The notes: generated by a model from the letters alone, not told the origin. Counted from the whole stretch's first letter, positions 1 to 14,687 are shown. The stretch is DNA of 63,872 nucleotides, filler included, from Octopus bimaculoides (GCF_001194135.2; 4 parts of 4 records of this genome joined end to end with filler, not necessarily neighbours in it); one strand, 5' to 3'. Program-made: numbers and translations.

Positions 1-57
<57 letters not shown>

Positions 58-722
58 ATATATATTTATATACATTGGCAAAAATGTGTGTAGGCATGAA
101 AATTGATTTGAAAATTGTGAGGATAGAAACTGACGATATTTGAAATAATTATTCGGTCCCCATTCAACTCAACAAATCTAGGAATGACCTCATATTCAAT
201 GCGAAATACTTGGCCACACTCTGTTTACTGTAAATATACTCTACAGAGAGACACACATTTAAACAAAAATATTTTCTGTCTAATGCCAACAGAATCTTCT
301 GTTGAATTATCGCTTAAATTGAATCCAGGATATGATCAGATAAACCTTTGTGAATAAAGTCTGAAATATTAAATAGAGCGCAGAAATGTAGTTACTTCGT
401 TTCAGATTTTGTTTTCTAATATTGTCTTGTTGTTTGTATTAAGTCTCGGAAGAGTAACTTTTGACTTGTTTCTAGTTTTTTTTGTTTTTTTTCTGATTAG
501 GAGGTCATCCGAAAATAAAAACACACGCACCTGAAACCACATAGAAAGGAATTGAGAATACAAAATAAAAAAAAAATTTTAAAAAATGAAAAAAAGAAAG
601 AAAGAAAGGAAGAAAAAGAGATTATAGGTAAAAGAATAGAGGCCAGAACTCTCAAACAAAGGTGAACAACATCACAGAAATATGTGGGAAGAAAAAATCA
701 CAAAGTATACCTATGTGTACAC

Positions 723-754
<32 letters not shown>

Positions 755-755
755 C

Positions 756-793
<38 letters not shown>

Positions 794-2981
794 NNNNNNN
801 NNNTGATAAATACATGAACAGAGAGATAGAAAGAGAGGTAGACAGACAGACAGACAGGAAGATAGATAATAAATCAAGTATAATCTCGCAATAAATGAAC
901 TTAGTTGCCTCTTAGGTATATATTTATATATATGTATATATATTTCTCTTTCTCTTCTATCTTTTCTCGTTTTTCCAAAAAAGAATGTCTCTCCCAGCGT
1001 TCACTATTCTCCTTTCATTCCGGTCTAATGACCCTGCATATCTGTCTTCGTTCGGTTTCCTTGTAGGCTTTCACTGTTATTTTTTTGTTCCCAGCATTGA
1101 CCTTCCATAAATCCTAAATTTTATTTTAGAATTTATGAGAGCTACCGTCTTTGAAGACTCGTCGTTTGAATGTTGTCGTTTGAATGCTCGAAATGAGGAG
1201 GAGATAGACAGCCGACAACTGATGAAGCGTCCTTTTTCTCTGTTAACTTGTCCTGAAATCCATTTTTTCTCGTTGTTTTCGTATTTCACTCGTTTTTGTC
1301 CTGAAATTACTGTGCACGTCTTGTATCTATCTCTCGTGTGTATGTTATTTGCACCGTTAGTGATGTCCTTTACACATATATGCATGTATATATATATATA
1401 TATATATATATTATTAGGGACAAAATCCAAAATTACAGGTAAAAAACTCAATTAAAATCAATTTATAAAAAATTAAAATTAAATTGAGCCTTATAGATAA
1501 AGTATATATAAAATATATATAGTTTTAGGGAAAATAACCAATTTTCAAGAACTCATCGATGAAAATCCACTATCACATATAGAAAAATTAATAATTAAAA
1601 GCACAATAAATGAGTATAATGTAAAGTAAAGTAAATATCATAAGATAAATATAATAAAAAGATTACACGTGTTTCATAACNNNNNNNNNNNNNNNNNNNN
1701 NNNNNNNNNNNNNNNNNNNNNNNNNNNNNNNNNNNNNNNNNNNNNNNNNNNNNNNNNNNNNNNNNNNNNNNNNNNNNNNNNNNNNNNNNNNNNNNNNNNN
1801 NNNNNNNNNNNNNNNNNNNNNNNNNNNNNNNNNNNNNNNNNNNNNNNNNNNNNNNNNNNNNNNNNNNNNNNNNNNNNNNNNNNNNNNNNNNNNNNNNNNN
1901 NNNNNNNNNNNNNNNNNNNNNNNNNNNNNNNNNNNNNNNNNNNNNNNNNNNNNNNNNNNNNNATAGAAAAATTATTTAAAAAATATCATAATATCAAAAT
2001 AATAACCATTCAATAATCATCCCTTCATCCATTATAATAACATGTATATTATATACAAAAAACATCTTACATAAATTATCATTGTTTTAAATTATCATAT
2101 AAAGTTTAACCTTTTATTCTTAATAATTTTTTCTTTCCTAATTTTTTCATTCATAATTTTTTCCATTCATAATTTTTTCATTCATATTTTTTATTATTAC
2201 GTTTGTAGAAATAAATAATCTTGTATTTTTCTATTATTCAATTGATCTTTAATAATAATTAAATAAACGTCCTTAGCTTTAAATAGTAGAACTTTAACTA
2301 TTACACCGGTTAAATATGTACTAATTTTATCTTCATTATTATTATAAACTTAAACTTCGTTCAACTTGTATCTGGTGTTCTTGCTGACCTCCGCTGAGCG
2401 ATTTTTCATCTTCCTCCGATATTTGCAGTGTTTTTAACACGTACGGCTATTCGAGATAATGTCTCATGACGAATAACGCAGTAAGTGACCTCTTTGGAGC
2501 AAAAATATTCTACAGACCGCCAACAACTACTAACTTTCTTCAAAGTCAACAGATAACGCCCCCAACACTTGTACAGGGCCAATGTTATACAAACAGAAAA
2601 TCACTCTCAACTAAACACAGGCTGCTTGTCTGACTGGCATGAAGTCATAAAAACACAATGCAAAATCTGGCATCTTCTCTCTTCGGATCTGGTAAGATGA
2701 AGTTTGAAATTACGGTTAGAATGAAATTACGGTTAGAATGTAATTCCTCAGCTGAGAGCTTAAATCCTTTTTCTTTCTAAATATACTAAGTTGTCAGTTG
2801 GGAATTCCGTTCTGCGATAGTGGAGTAGTATTTTTTTTCCCTTCTTCATCTTTTAATTAATATGGAGTTGGTGAGCATGATAAATAAATAAGTGCAGAAA
2901 GAAAGAAAGAAAGAAAGAGAAAAGGTTTATCTTCAAGATTTGAGAATTACTCTCAAAAGAGGGCAAAAAACGAAACAAAAG

Positions 2982-2982
<1 letters not shown>

Positions 2983-3035
<53 letters not shown>

Positions 3036-3105
3036 GCTGCTAGTGCAACTGCTACTGCTACTGCTACTGCTATTACTACTGCTGCTGCTGCCGATGCTGC
3101 TACTG

Positions 3106-3144
<39 letters not shown>

Positions 3145-3288
3145 TTACTACTACTACTACCACCACCACCACCACCACCACCACCACCACTACTACTACT
3201 ACTAATATTACTAGCATTACTACTATCACTACAGCTACTACTAATACGAAGAAAATAACAACAATGCTCATGATTATGATGCTGATGC

Positions 3289-3321
<33 letters not shown>

Positions 3322-3325
3322 GGAC

Positions 3326-3382
<57 letters not shown>

Positions 3383-3401
3383 AACATAAAANNNNNNNNN
3401 N

Positions 3402-3433
<32 letters not shown>

Positions 3434-3435
3434 AA
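2983..3435. repeat. Compound trinucleotide microsatellite (ACT)n/(GCT)n/(CCA)n/(TGA)n
   Basis: Directly visible. Produces the spurious poly-T, poly-H, poly-M and poly-S ORFs in the track. Confidence 0.95.
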
Positions 3436-3621
3436 CATAAAACTGGCAATTGAATTCCTGAAGAATTTACAGGAATATGATACAAGATCAAAGAAAATAT
3501 ATCTTTAGTCGACGTGTAACCATTTCTGATGGTTAGGAGCATTGGATCGAGGTTACGAATTCCATGTGTCATGTGTGTGATTATGTGCGTCAGGAGGAGG
3601 ACACACAGGCACACGAGCACC

Positions 3622-3691
<70 letters not shown>

Positions 3692-3734
3692 CTCTCTCTT
3701 TCTCTACCATATGTTACATATACATTATATCATA

Positions 3735-4140
3735 CCTTGATGCTATTAATCGAGCCTCTATGTTCTGCCTGAGCATGTTGGTAGAGCACTGACGAGCTTT
3801 TCTCTTCTTTGAGCTCTCGCCAATATTCACCTATACGCTCTCCTATGTTGTGTGCAGTCTCTCCAATGTAGGTAGTTGCCATGTTTCTGCACCGTCCCTC
3901 AGTACATCATAAGCTATACACTACATTCCTAAGCTTGCATTAACCCGTGGGTTCATCCTACATACAACACGGTTGCACTCCGTACAGGGGGACTTATCAA
4001 AGGGATAGGTACTACAAATAAGGGATTTTATAGGGGCACCAGGCCCCTCTACTATTTTAATCCGTAGATTAGCCTTTCTTAAAAGGGTATGCTAGTTCGC
4101 CAGCAAGGGAAGAATTAAGTATAGGTGATCCCAAAACGAA
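3735..4140 (-). mobile_element. Penelope-like element remnant, GIY-YIG endonuclease region (degenerate)
   Basis: Minus-strand translation with frameshifts and stops: RKANLRIKIVEGPGAPIKSLICSTYPFDKSPCTECNRVVC / CKLRNVVYSL*CTEGRCRNMATTYIGETAHNIGERIGEYW...SSVLYQHAQAEH. Shows the VVY...YIGET GIY-YIG pattern with the PLE CxxC linker. Confidence 0.8.
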
Positions 4141-4473
4141 GGTGCGCGTGCGTGTGTGTCTGTGAGAATGTGTAAGTGTATGTGGATAGGGGCTAGTGAC
4201 TTTTACGTGTATTTATGTGTCTGTATTTGTTCCCCCACCATCCTGGGGTCGATTTCTTCGAATAAAGGCGGTGCCTCAGCATGGCCGCAGTCGAATGACT
4301 GAAACAATTAAAAGAATAAAAGAAAATATATATGTGCGTGTGTGTGTGTATATATATGAATGCATATATGTACGGCTATAATTATAGATAGATAGATATA
4401 GATATGTCTTTCTATAAAATATATTCACTCATGTTTTCTTTAATGCATTACGTAAACGATCTTTCACTCACAG

Positions 4474-4532
<59 letters not shown>

Positions 4533-5541
4533 CATATATAAACATACATGTATGTATGTGTGTGCGTGTGTTTATGTATTTAGGTCTACATGTGTGTTTG
4601 TGTATATATATATATCTATTTGTGGTTCTACGTCGACATGTTTGTTTAAGAAATGAGACGAACTTAGATGCTTGTTAAATCCAAAAGATTAACTTACTGA
4701 ATTTAGAACCAGATATGACACCGAGGCACCCCGTATTCTCATGCAATGAATATGAGAACCGAAGAAGCAAAAGCCTATCTTGTCTTGTGCTTACCCTACA
4801 TAGTTGTACTGTAGTTTATTTACCTTATTAATTTTTTTAATTAATTCTATTTCAGTTGTAAGTCATCTGTTTTGAAATTATAATTCAACTCCTCTATAAT
4901 ATTATCTTCCCCATTAGTTTATTTTCGTAGATTTAATATTATTTTTATAACATACGGCAAGATGGTATGAAATAATAAAACGGCTGGTATTACTACCTAT
5001 TAAAACACACGTATGTTTCACTTAGAAAAACGGCGACATATTTTCTTTATAAATATTTGATAAATGTGAAAATCTAATTATAAACTATGACTTTTCAACA
5101 AGACTATTCCCAGACTCTCTAAGTCTGAACATACATTTAGACGAACGCACATGCGTGTGAGTATATGTATGTATGTGTGCGTGTGTGTGTATCTGTGTGT
5201 GTGTGTGTGTATGTGTGTGCGTGTGTGCGTGTGTGTGTATCTGTGTATGTGTGTGTGTGTGACCGAAATCCTTCAAAGGGACGTCAAACATCCAAGTCCA
5301 CCGTTACAGTCCAAGTAAAAAAAATATATAAAAATATATAATTAATTAGACTCGGGAACCATTTGTAGAATGTATATTGGTTCCGTACCAAGCTGGATTA
5401 AAGTTCGTCTCCACCTACAATTTTTCCTCTCCTTATACTTCATTATATATATGTGTGTGTGTGTATATGTGTATACCGTTTGTCTTGACGCATTTGTTCT
5501 CTCTCCGACGTTTTCTCTCTTCCCATTTTCCCCTCTCATCC

Positions 5542-5577
5542 CTTTCTGCCGAAGAGCATAGACTTGAAACGTCAAAG
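5542..5577 (+). ncRNA. Minimal type-I hammerhead-like motif (degenerate) in a dispersed repeat
   Basis: CTTT-CTGCCGA-A-GAG catag a CTT-GAAA-CGT-C-AAAG. Stem I CTTT/AAAG, stem II GAG/CTT, palindromic ACGT stem III, H17=C; core A6 is replaced by C. Confidence 0.5.
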
Positions 5578-6057
5578 ACTTTCCCATTCTTCCTGAGCAT
5601 CAAACTAATGCACCTGCTTGTTGTTCCCTCACCTGTCTTCGTCTTTTGTTTTCCGTAAATTTGAAACATGTACATGTGTATGTGTGCATGTATGTATGTG
5701 TGCATGTATGTATGTGTGCATATATATATATATATATATNNNNNNNNNNNNNNNNNNNNNNNNNNNNNNNNNNNNNNNNNNNNNNNNNNNNNNNNNNNNN
5801 NNNNNNNNNNNNNNNNNNNNNNNNNNNNNNNNNNNNNNNNNNNNNNNNNNNNNNNNNNNNNNNNNNNNNNNNNNNNNNNNNNNNNNNNNNNNNNNNNNNN
5901 NNNNNNNNNNNNNNNNNNNNNNNNNNNNNNNNNNNNNNNNNNNNNNNNNNNNNNNNNNNNNNNNNNNNNNNNNNNNNNNNNNNNNNNNNNNNNNNNNNNN
6001 NNNNNNNNNNNNNNNNNNNNNNNNNNNNNNNNNNNNNNNNNNNNNNNNNNNNNNNNN

Positions 6058-6104
<47 letters not shown>

Positions 6105-7591
6105 CGTGTGTGTGTACGTGTAAGGAATACAAAAAATGGGACAAGAAAAAACACAGACGGGTCATTCGAAGTTTTCTTTCCTCAGTCGAGTTCCAGATTA
6201 TCTTCACAATTTCGGCTGGTTATACTCGAGATTGCTCCCATCTGGCCAGCCCCAAGGAAAACTAAGCTAAGAGCACTAGATTCTTTCGAAGAAAGCAGCG
6301 AATGTATGCGAAAACAAGGACGAAAAAAAAAAGCGAAGAATGGTACCCAAATACAAATGCAAATAACAGGACATAACAACAGGTGTCTTTCGATTTTCAT
6401 AGCGTATAAGTGATCGATCTCACAAGATTCCCCTGAAACGGGACGCCTATTAGTCACAGGGTTACTCGTTTGCAGCTGAGTGACTGGAGGGATCGTGAAA
6501 TGAAGTGTTTTGCTCAAGGACACAACGCGCCGCCCTCTCCAGCAATTAAAACCCCGACTTGGGTTTGCGTATATAACAGCCTAACCAATAGGCCGCGTTT
6601 GTTGACAGGATAGAAACTGAAGCAAAATATAACATCTTAAAAGTGAGTAGGGTGTAATTTGGAAGCGATTTGGCAGACAGAGCCACTGCACATATGATCT
6701 GTCAATCGGTTACTAGTTTGTAGACAACATGGAGGTGTAACAGCTAAGTTGAATGTTCTCTCATGTACGACGTCCATTCAAGATTGCCTTCAGATTGCCT
6801 TTGAAATAATGATACGAGTCGTTTCAGAAACAGAATGTAATGATGACCGAAGTTGAGCTGGATTATGACACTTCCTGTCAATCCAATCCTTTTGATTTAA
6901 TCCTCTTAAGTGCTGCATTTAAAAACTGTTTTGAGCATTTGACAAATGAAAGACTCAAGAAGATTATCTAAATCTAAGTATGATTATGGAGAGAGGTTAA
7001 ATTTGTTAAATAGCCTAGCATGTACAGCAGCGGCCATATTCGTGCAGCCCAACTATACACATACACATTCATAGAGGAATAAAAAGAAAAATACATAGAA
7101 ATAAAGTAAAGACGGAGAAACGTGGATGAAAATTGGAAACCAACAAGATTTGAGAGAAAAACCAGCCGAAAAGAGAGTCGAGGATAATGCAGAAATATTG
7201 TTGAGGGTCTATGTTCCACTGGGGAGAATAGAGATTAAGAGTATATATNNNNNNNNNNNNNNNNNNATATATATATATATATACATACACATATACATAC
7301 ACACATACATATGCACACATATATATACACACACATATACATATGTATATGTGTGTGAGTGTGTGTAAAGAGAGAGAGGCAGACAGACAGAGAGAGATAG
7401 AGAAAAAGAAAAAGAGAGGGAGAAAGAGAGACGTTGATAGATTGATAGACAGATAGATAGATACGTAAACAACCAAGAGTGGAATGTGTTGTGCACTGAT
7501 TCAAATTCATTTCTCCTTTTGTTACAATCTTTACTGTTTAGCATACGTTACTATTCTATCTCTTCTTCAGATCTTATGACTAACTATTTTG

Positions 7592-7672
<81 letters not shown>

Positions 7673-7906
7673 TCAGTAAATCATAAATCCAAAAAAGAAG
7701 TACACCCTCAGTTATTGAGAGACTAAATGGTTTACACACACACACATGTATGTATGTATGTATGTATCTATCTATCTATATGCATTTATTTATATACATG
7801 CATGTATATCTATATCTATACATCTTTATATTCATGCATATATATATATATATATATACATGCATATACATACATGCATACATACATGCATACATACATA
7901 CATACA

Positions 7907-7942
<36 letters not shown>

Positions 7943-8216
7943 TGAGAATGTGTGTACATGGAGATCATATCAGGGATGTTGTCAAAAAGTTTCCTTAACA
8001 ATTCGATTATTAAAGTTCGATAAAATAATTACCAGATTGAAATAAATGAGTAATGACCTCGATAAGATCGACGAAATCCTTTGAAACATGAGCCCCAGCA
8101 TGGCTGTATTTCAACGAGTGAAACCAGGAAAAAAAAAATCTAAACACGAACTTACTCCAAAATATACACAGAAACGGTTCATTATTAATAGCGGTTATAA
8201 ATTATAACCCCTACTC

Positions 8217-8249
<33 letters not shown>

Positions 8250-9194
8250 TTCTCTCTCTCTCTCTCTCTCTTCCTCTCTCTCTCTCTCACACACACACAG
8301 ATAAGCACACACGCATTTCTATATAATCCCTTGTAATCCCCCCACTTAGTGTGTATCAAATATTGTACGTATATATTATAAAACATCTGTGGACAATCTC
8401 CTAAACAGCGTACCATTTTGTAGTGTTTATTGTCTCCCTCTCTCCCTCTTTTCATCTCTGTCTCTTCCTCTATCTCTCCCTCCCTTTCTTCCTCTCTCTT
8501 TCTATCTCCCTCTCTCTCTCACTCTGTCTCTGTCTGTCTCTCTCTCTCTCTCTCTTTGGTCTTTTTTTCTTTCTAATCAAATACCTTAATCTCACATTCA
8601 TTCAGTCAATCCAGAATCATCTTGTTTATGTTATCAACGCCTCCCCCCAAGTGGAGGTGACGCTCTCATCTTAAAAAAAAACAAAAAACAACTTACCTTT
8701 TTTCCTTCCAACATTCATTTCAACATTTCCTTCAAATGTATCGGATATTGAATACCACTGAAGTGGTTAGCGTTGGACTGCGATCAATTTCGCTTAAGCA
8801 AATATATTATGGCGTTCAAGTTTGCTTAAGCAGCATTCGGATTAAAGCACTTAAAATTACTTTACATTTCATCTTTTATCTTTTTCAGTCACTGGACTGC
8901 GCCCATGCTGGGGCACCGTATTGCAAAGTTTATTCGAACGAATCGAGCCCAGTACTTGGCTGTGTTGTTAAGATGCTCGCTTTGCAACCACGTTGTTTCA
9001 CGTTCAGTCCCATCACACGACACCCCGGCCAAGTGCCTTCTACTATACCAACCGGTCGACCAATGCCTTGTGAGTAAATTTGGTTGACGGAAACTGCGTG
9101 GAATCCCGTCGTATACGTACATACATATGTTAGTGCGTCTTTGTCTTTGAACCTTTCTCCCATACCTTGAAATGCGGTGTTGGCTTGTTGACGA

Positions 9195-9340
9195 GGGACC
9201 TACGCAAAGTCTCAGAAAGAGAGGAGTATGTGGACCGGACACGCGTGGACGAGTGATTCAGACGTTTCCAAAATGGCCAACAGAATGTCGAGAGTAACGC
9301 ATGTTCTGGGAAACATGCAACCAGCAAAACTGATATAAAG
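9195..9340 (+). mobile_element. mariner transposase N-terminal (HTH) fragment
   Basis: EEYVDRTRVDE*FRRFQNGQQNVESNACSGKHATSKTD matches the mariner RTRVYEWFKRF...DDxRSGRPSTS pattern, with Trp changed to TGA. Confidence 0.7.
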
Positions 9341-11155
9341 ACATCACAACTGTCTCTTGCTTGCGCACACAATTTCATTGCATTTCCCTTCATGGCTCTC
9401 ACAAAGCAAAAACTGTCCTTTCCAAGTGCCACACCTCGTTTATTTTTAATTGTGCTGCAACTCTTCGTGGTGGTGGTGGTGGGAGGGGGCATATCACACG
9501 ATCGAATCTCAAACTCTTTAAGCTTGGGTTAAGTTCAGAGAGCTGAGCCTCTTCTGTTACAACTTTATCCATTTCACTTCTGTTGGACTAAATATTATAC
9601 AAGCCTTCCATGGATGCATGGCTGTTTGTTTAGCTATTTCGGAATAAAACACGGATATACACACATGTACATCTCTCTCTCTATCTCTCACTCACTCACA
9701 CACACACACACACACACATGCAACGAGCTTCCATAGAGTTTCCGTCTGCCAAATTCACCCACAAAGCATTGGTCAAAACAGGAGTTCAGCAGAAGATATT
9801 TGCCCAAGGTACCACGCAGTGGGACCGAACCTGCAACCATATGGTTACAAAACGAGCTTCTTAGCCACCCAAAATTCGTAACCATTTACTTATGTTAGGA
9901 ATTAATATTTCAAAATATCGATCTGGTGGATGCTGCGTTAACGAGACTTCACACTGAATTCATTACAGTATTGAATTTTTCGATTTACATAGAAAGTGAA
10001 AATCTTGCAAACATCAGATCAATTTTTCCTTTTGTCGGCCGATATAACAATTACACTGTTATGTACTGCTAGGAATTTAATTAAGAACTAGTGTCATCTT
10101 CATTACCATTATTAACATTTAACGCCCGTTCTCTATACTGCTATGGGCTGGACGGCTCGACAGGAACCGACAAGGTCGAGGTCCATGCCAAGCTAAAATG
10201 CCTGCTTCGGAATGGTATCTACGACTGGATTTCTTTAACGCCAATCATTTTACAAATGTCTTTTACACGTGGCACTGCACTAGGGAGGTCAGCAAGTAAT
10301 TCGCGAGACATGACTGAGATGGGAAGTAATATTGAGGGATGTAGTGCGTGGGTGGGGAGGTTAAAGCATAATAGAAGAACAGAAGCAGATGTCTTGCAGC
10401 AGGGAAGATACATGGCTACTCGAGCTGGAGAAGAGAGAGAAATTCTATAAATCCGCGAGGATATGCCACAAAAAAGATAACAGTTATAATGATGCATCAT
10501 TGTGATTTTCGAATTACGTAAACGCCTAAATATAAAAATTTCTTCATTCGGTCGAAGAGCACCTGAAATTTATGGCGTAGTAAAAGAATGAGTTTCGATT
10601 GGAATTCGAAAATGTCATCTCTTACCATTAGCTTGCTGGGAAATCTAAGAAAGGCGCCATCCGTCGGAGAGATTCGAGTGCAATGTTTAAAAAATGAACA
10701 TATGGAGTATCTTCTTTCCAGAAAACTCCACCACCGACACTAATATCGCCTCCCTAAAGTNNNNNNNNNNNNNNNNNNNNNNNNNNNNNNNNNNNNNNNN
10801 NNNNNNNNNNNNNNNNNNNNNNNNNNNNNNNNNNNNNNNNNNNNNNNNNNNNNNNNNNNNNNNNNNNNNNNNNNNNNNNNNNNNNNNNNNNNNNNNNNNN
10901 NNNNNNNNNNNNNNNNNNNNNNNNNNNNNNNNNNNNNNNNNNNNNNNNNNNNNNNNNNNNNNNNNNNNNNNNNNNNNNNNNNNNNNNNNNNNNNNNNNNN
11001 NNNNNNNNNNNNNNNNNNNNNNNNNNNNNNNNNNNNNNNNNNNNNNNNNNNNNNNNNNNNNNNNNNNNNNNNNNNATATATATATATATATATATATATA
11101 TATACGTATATACACAAATACTCTCACCCACACACACACGCACACATATACACAT

Positions 11156-11187
<32 letters not shown>

Positions 11188-11461
11188 GTATATGCATATG
11201 TATATGTATACACGCATAGACACATACACACTTAAACAACCTCCCACTCACAGTGGAAACGAAATCCTCGTTAACAAGATTATACCTCATTACATGTATA
11301 CATTTGTCTGTGTCTATACTTCTAAGTGAATGTGTACATGTGTGTTTGTTTGGTATTTATATACATTAATTTATAGTAAAGTTAACATTCATTCTTGTAA
11401 CTGAAATAAGAACATGGATCAACAATATGAGTGCAGTGAGTTTCACTTTCATAAAGGGAAT

Positions 11462-11503
<42 letters not shown>

Positions 11504-12189
11504 CTTTATTACATGTATACACACATATATAATATTTACGCATCTAGGTTTGTATTTTTATTTATTATTGTTTAGTCTGTGAAGATGGTAGACGGTAGTC
11601 AAATAGCGGCGTCGATTTACGTGAAGCTCCCCAAATGTGGTGGTCATCTGCCAATGTATTGTCGTAAATTTCTTATACAGACACAAGACTCCAAAGTTGG
11701 TGAGGAGATACTAGTCGATGAAACATGCACTAATTTCTCATTGGTACTTTATTTTATCGGCCCAGGAAGGGGGAAAGGCAAAACTAATATGGAAAGGATT
11801 TGAATTCAGAAAGTAAAGAGCCGAAAGAAAATAGTAAATCCTGTCGGATGCTGTCATGTACGTGGCAAGATTTATCTCAGCAGGATTTGATCTCAGAATG
11901 CGAAGATTTGAAAAGAAAACTGCCAAAGTTGACTTTAGCAGTGCTTGTATTAGATTGTCGAAAAGAAAACTGCAGGGAAGTTTATCGAATGATCTACTGT
12001 ACGATGTGTATTCCAGACGTTTTGAGACTTTTCTTTTTCAGTAGAGGCAGTTATAACGGTTCCAGATTATTGTAATTTTAGTCTATTATTATTTTACATT
12101 TAAGAAGCTGACCCGCCAACTTTTGTTATCCCAGATTGAGGGAGACGTTTGTAACAGCACTTTGAACATGTCCTACAGAGCACAGCTTC

Positions 12190-12611
12190 TCACAGTTGAC
12201 TATGTGTGGAATGCAGTCGGGACGTTTGGAAGAGAAAAGCTGGACTCATCGGAGAATATTACTCGCTTCCATTGGTCTGTCGACCAGCACCAGTCCTTGT
12301 GATCTCTACACCAGTTCAGCCTTTTCTGAATGCTTTGATGAGAAAGCAGAGGTTTCCTGATGGCGGCTCTTCCACGATATCCGGCTTGTTAAGCTGTCTG
12401 TGATGGTCTGTGATCGAATTAGAGGCAGCATTGCAAGCACGCCGGAGCTCTGCTTGTTGAGCTGTCTGTGATGCTTTGACGGTTGAAGTAGAAGCAGCAT
12501 TGCGAGCACGTCGAAGCACACCTTGTGCTTCTGTCTCGCTTTCTCGCAAGGTACGCAACACGGAAGCATTCCTTTGTTTTTCAACCAGTGTGACTTGCTT
12601 TTTCGAGGCAT
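12190..12611 (-). mobile_element. Chimeric remnant: Helitron-like N-terminal helical repeats joined to a Tc1 transposase segment
   Basis: MPRKSKS.. / RESETEAQGVLRRARNAASTSTVKASQTAQQAELRRACNAAS.. followed by AGYRGRAAIRKPLLSHQSIQKRLNWCRDHKDW..STDQWKRVIFSDESSFSL (Tc1 HTH linker plus first catalytic D). Confidence 0.7.
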
Positions 12612-13334
12612 CCTATCGAAAATCTGACTTAAGATGATCTTTCATCGTAAGTCAGGTAAGATTCAGCGAACATCTTCTGTCGTTATATTCCTCATGTTTG
12701 TGGGCTAAATTTTTAGTTGCACTTCGAAGTTTATAGAAATTATAGAAGTTTTCTGTTGTAACATTTAAAATGCTCTCTGGGTGGTTATAACTTGTGTCTC
12801 TAAGTTTTCTTTTCAGCTTAAGCAGCCAATATCATTATTGATGTGGAAATTTCTGATGGTCGTTAGAAGTTTTCGGGTATTAACACTAATACACTGGCTC
12901 CCATCTAGCGTCCACTCCTGTCACCCAAATATTACTACTTCATCCAAATCATAACATCGTAGTCGGAACTATAGCATATCTGAAAAAAAAAACAAAAAAA
13001 ACAAACAAACCGATGGGGTTCCCATCACTTGGACAGCTTTGATCATCGCTTAGACAGCTTTGTCCAAATAGAGTAAAACTAGAGCTTAACAACAACAACA
13101 AAATCAATAAGCTAATTCCAAAAGGTTTTAGGCAAACGAATCTACAGTTTTCATCACTTGTTACCTCTCAATGGGATTGCAAATCATCGATATTTCAAAT
13201 GAATCTGGCAGGAATTCTCTCTTCTTCATTTGATCTAAAACATTGCTCTACATCAAACTCAGAACTTTCCTCATGACCAGCAGTCGTTTAACTCCCTCTG
13301 TTACTCTCTCCTCTCTCTCTCTTCTCCCTCTCTC

Positions 13335-13410
<76 letters not shown>

Positions 13411-14301
13411 NNNNNNNNNNNNNNNNNNNNNNNNNNNNNNNNNNNNNNNNNNNNNNNNNNNNNNNNNNNNNNNNNNNNNNNNNNNNNNNNNNNNNNNNNN
13501 NNNNNNNNNNNNNNNNNNNNNNNNNNNNNNNNNNNNNNNNNNNNNNNNNNNNNNNNNNNNNNNNNNNNNNNNNNNNNNNNNNNNNNNNNNNNNNNNNNNN
13601 NNNNNNNNNNNNNNNNNNNNNNNNNNNNNNNNNNNNNNNNNNNNNNNNNNNNNNNNNNNNNNNNNNNNNNNNNNNNNNNNNNNNNNNNNNNNNNNNNNNN
13701 NNNNNNNNNNNNNNNNNNNNNNNNNNNNNNNNNNNNNNNNNNNNNNNNNNNNNNNNNNNNNNNNNNNNNNNNNNNNNNNNNNNNNNNNNNNNNNNNNNNN
13801 NNNNNNNNNNNNNNNNNNNNNNNNNNNNNNNNNNNNNNNNNNNNNNNNNNNNNNNNNNNNNNNNNNNNNNNNNNNNNNNNNNNNNNNNNNNNNNNNNNNN
13901 NNNNNNNNNNNNNNNNNNNNNNNNNNNNNNNNNNNNNNNNNNNNNNNNNNNNNNNNNNNNNNNNNNNNNNNNNNNNNNNNNNNNNNNNNNNNNNNNNNNN
14001 NNNNNNNNNNNNNNNNNNNNNNNNNNNNNNNNNNNNNNNNNNNNNNNNNNNNNNNNNNNNNNNNNNNNNNNNNNNNNNNNNNNNNNNNNNNNNNNNNNNN
14101 NNNNNNNNNNNNNNNNNNNNNNNNNNNNNNNNNNNNNNNNNNNNNNNNNNNNNNNNNNNNNNNNNNNNNNNNNNNNNNNNNNNNNNNNNNNNNNNNNNNN
14201 NNNNNNNNNNNNNNNNNNNNNNNNNNNNNNNNNNNNNNNNNNNNNNNNNTATATATATATACATGTATTTCTGCATCTTTCCCTGCCTCTGTCTGTATCT
14301 C

Positions 14302-14353
<52 letters not shown>

Positions 14354-14655
14354 CCTACCTACCTACCTATCTATCTATCTATCTATCTATCTTTCTATCT
14401 ATCTATCTATCTATCTATCAGTCTGTCTGTCTGTCTATATTTCTTTGTCCAACTTTTTCTCTTTATTCTAGTAACTTGTAAAATTTCTGTCATATAATTC
14501 CCCACTAAAACGATGCTTGATTCGCCCAAGCAAAAACATCTTCCCTCACCAACCCATCATTTTCACAGCCACTTCAGTTTGCATTCTATAGAAAATCACA
14601 GTGACAACACTATGGAATATACATACATACATACATACATACATACATACATACA

Positions 14656-14687
<32 letters not shown>

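Noticed and set aside
1185-1270. CTGATGA-containing dispersed repeat (also at about 23380-23460) and a CAGACGA...GAAACACTGTC motif at about 28400
   Set aside because: There is no correctly placed GAAA box or stem I; these cannot be called ribozymes.
2853-3710. Long ORFs rich in poly-H, S, T, M and V
   Set aside because: They are translations of a compound trinucleotide microsatellite plus an N gap; open on both strands, with no splice or homology support.
11800-12075. 91-aa ORF MNSESKEPKENSK...
   Set aside because: It begins inside a SINE end, has no recognisable domain and no splice support.
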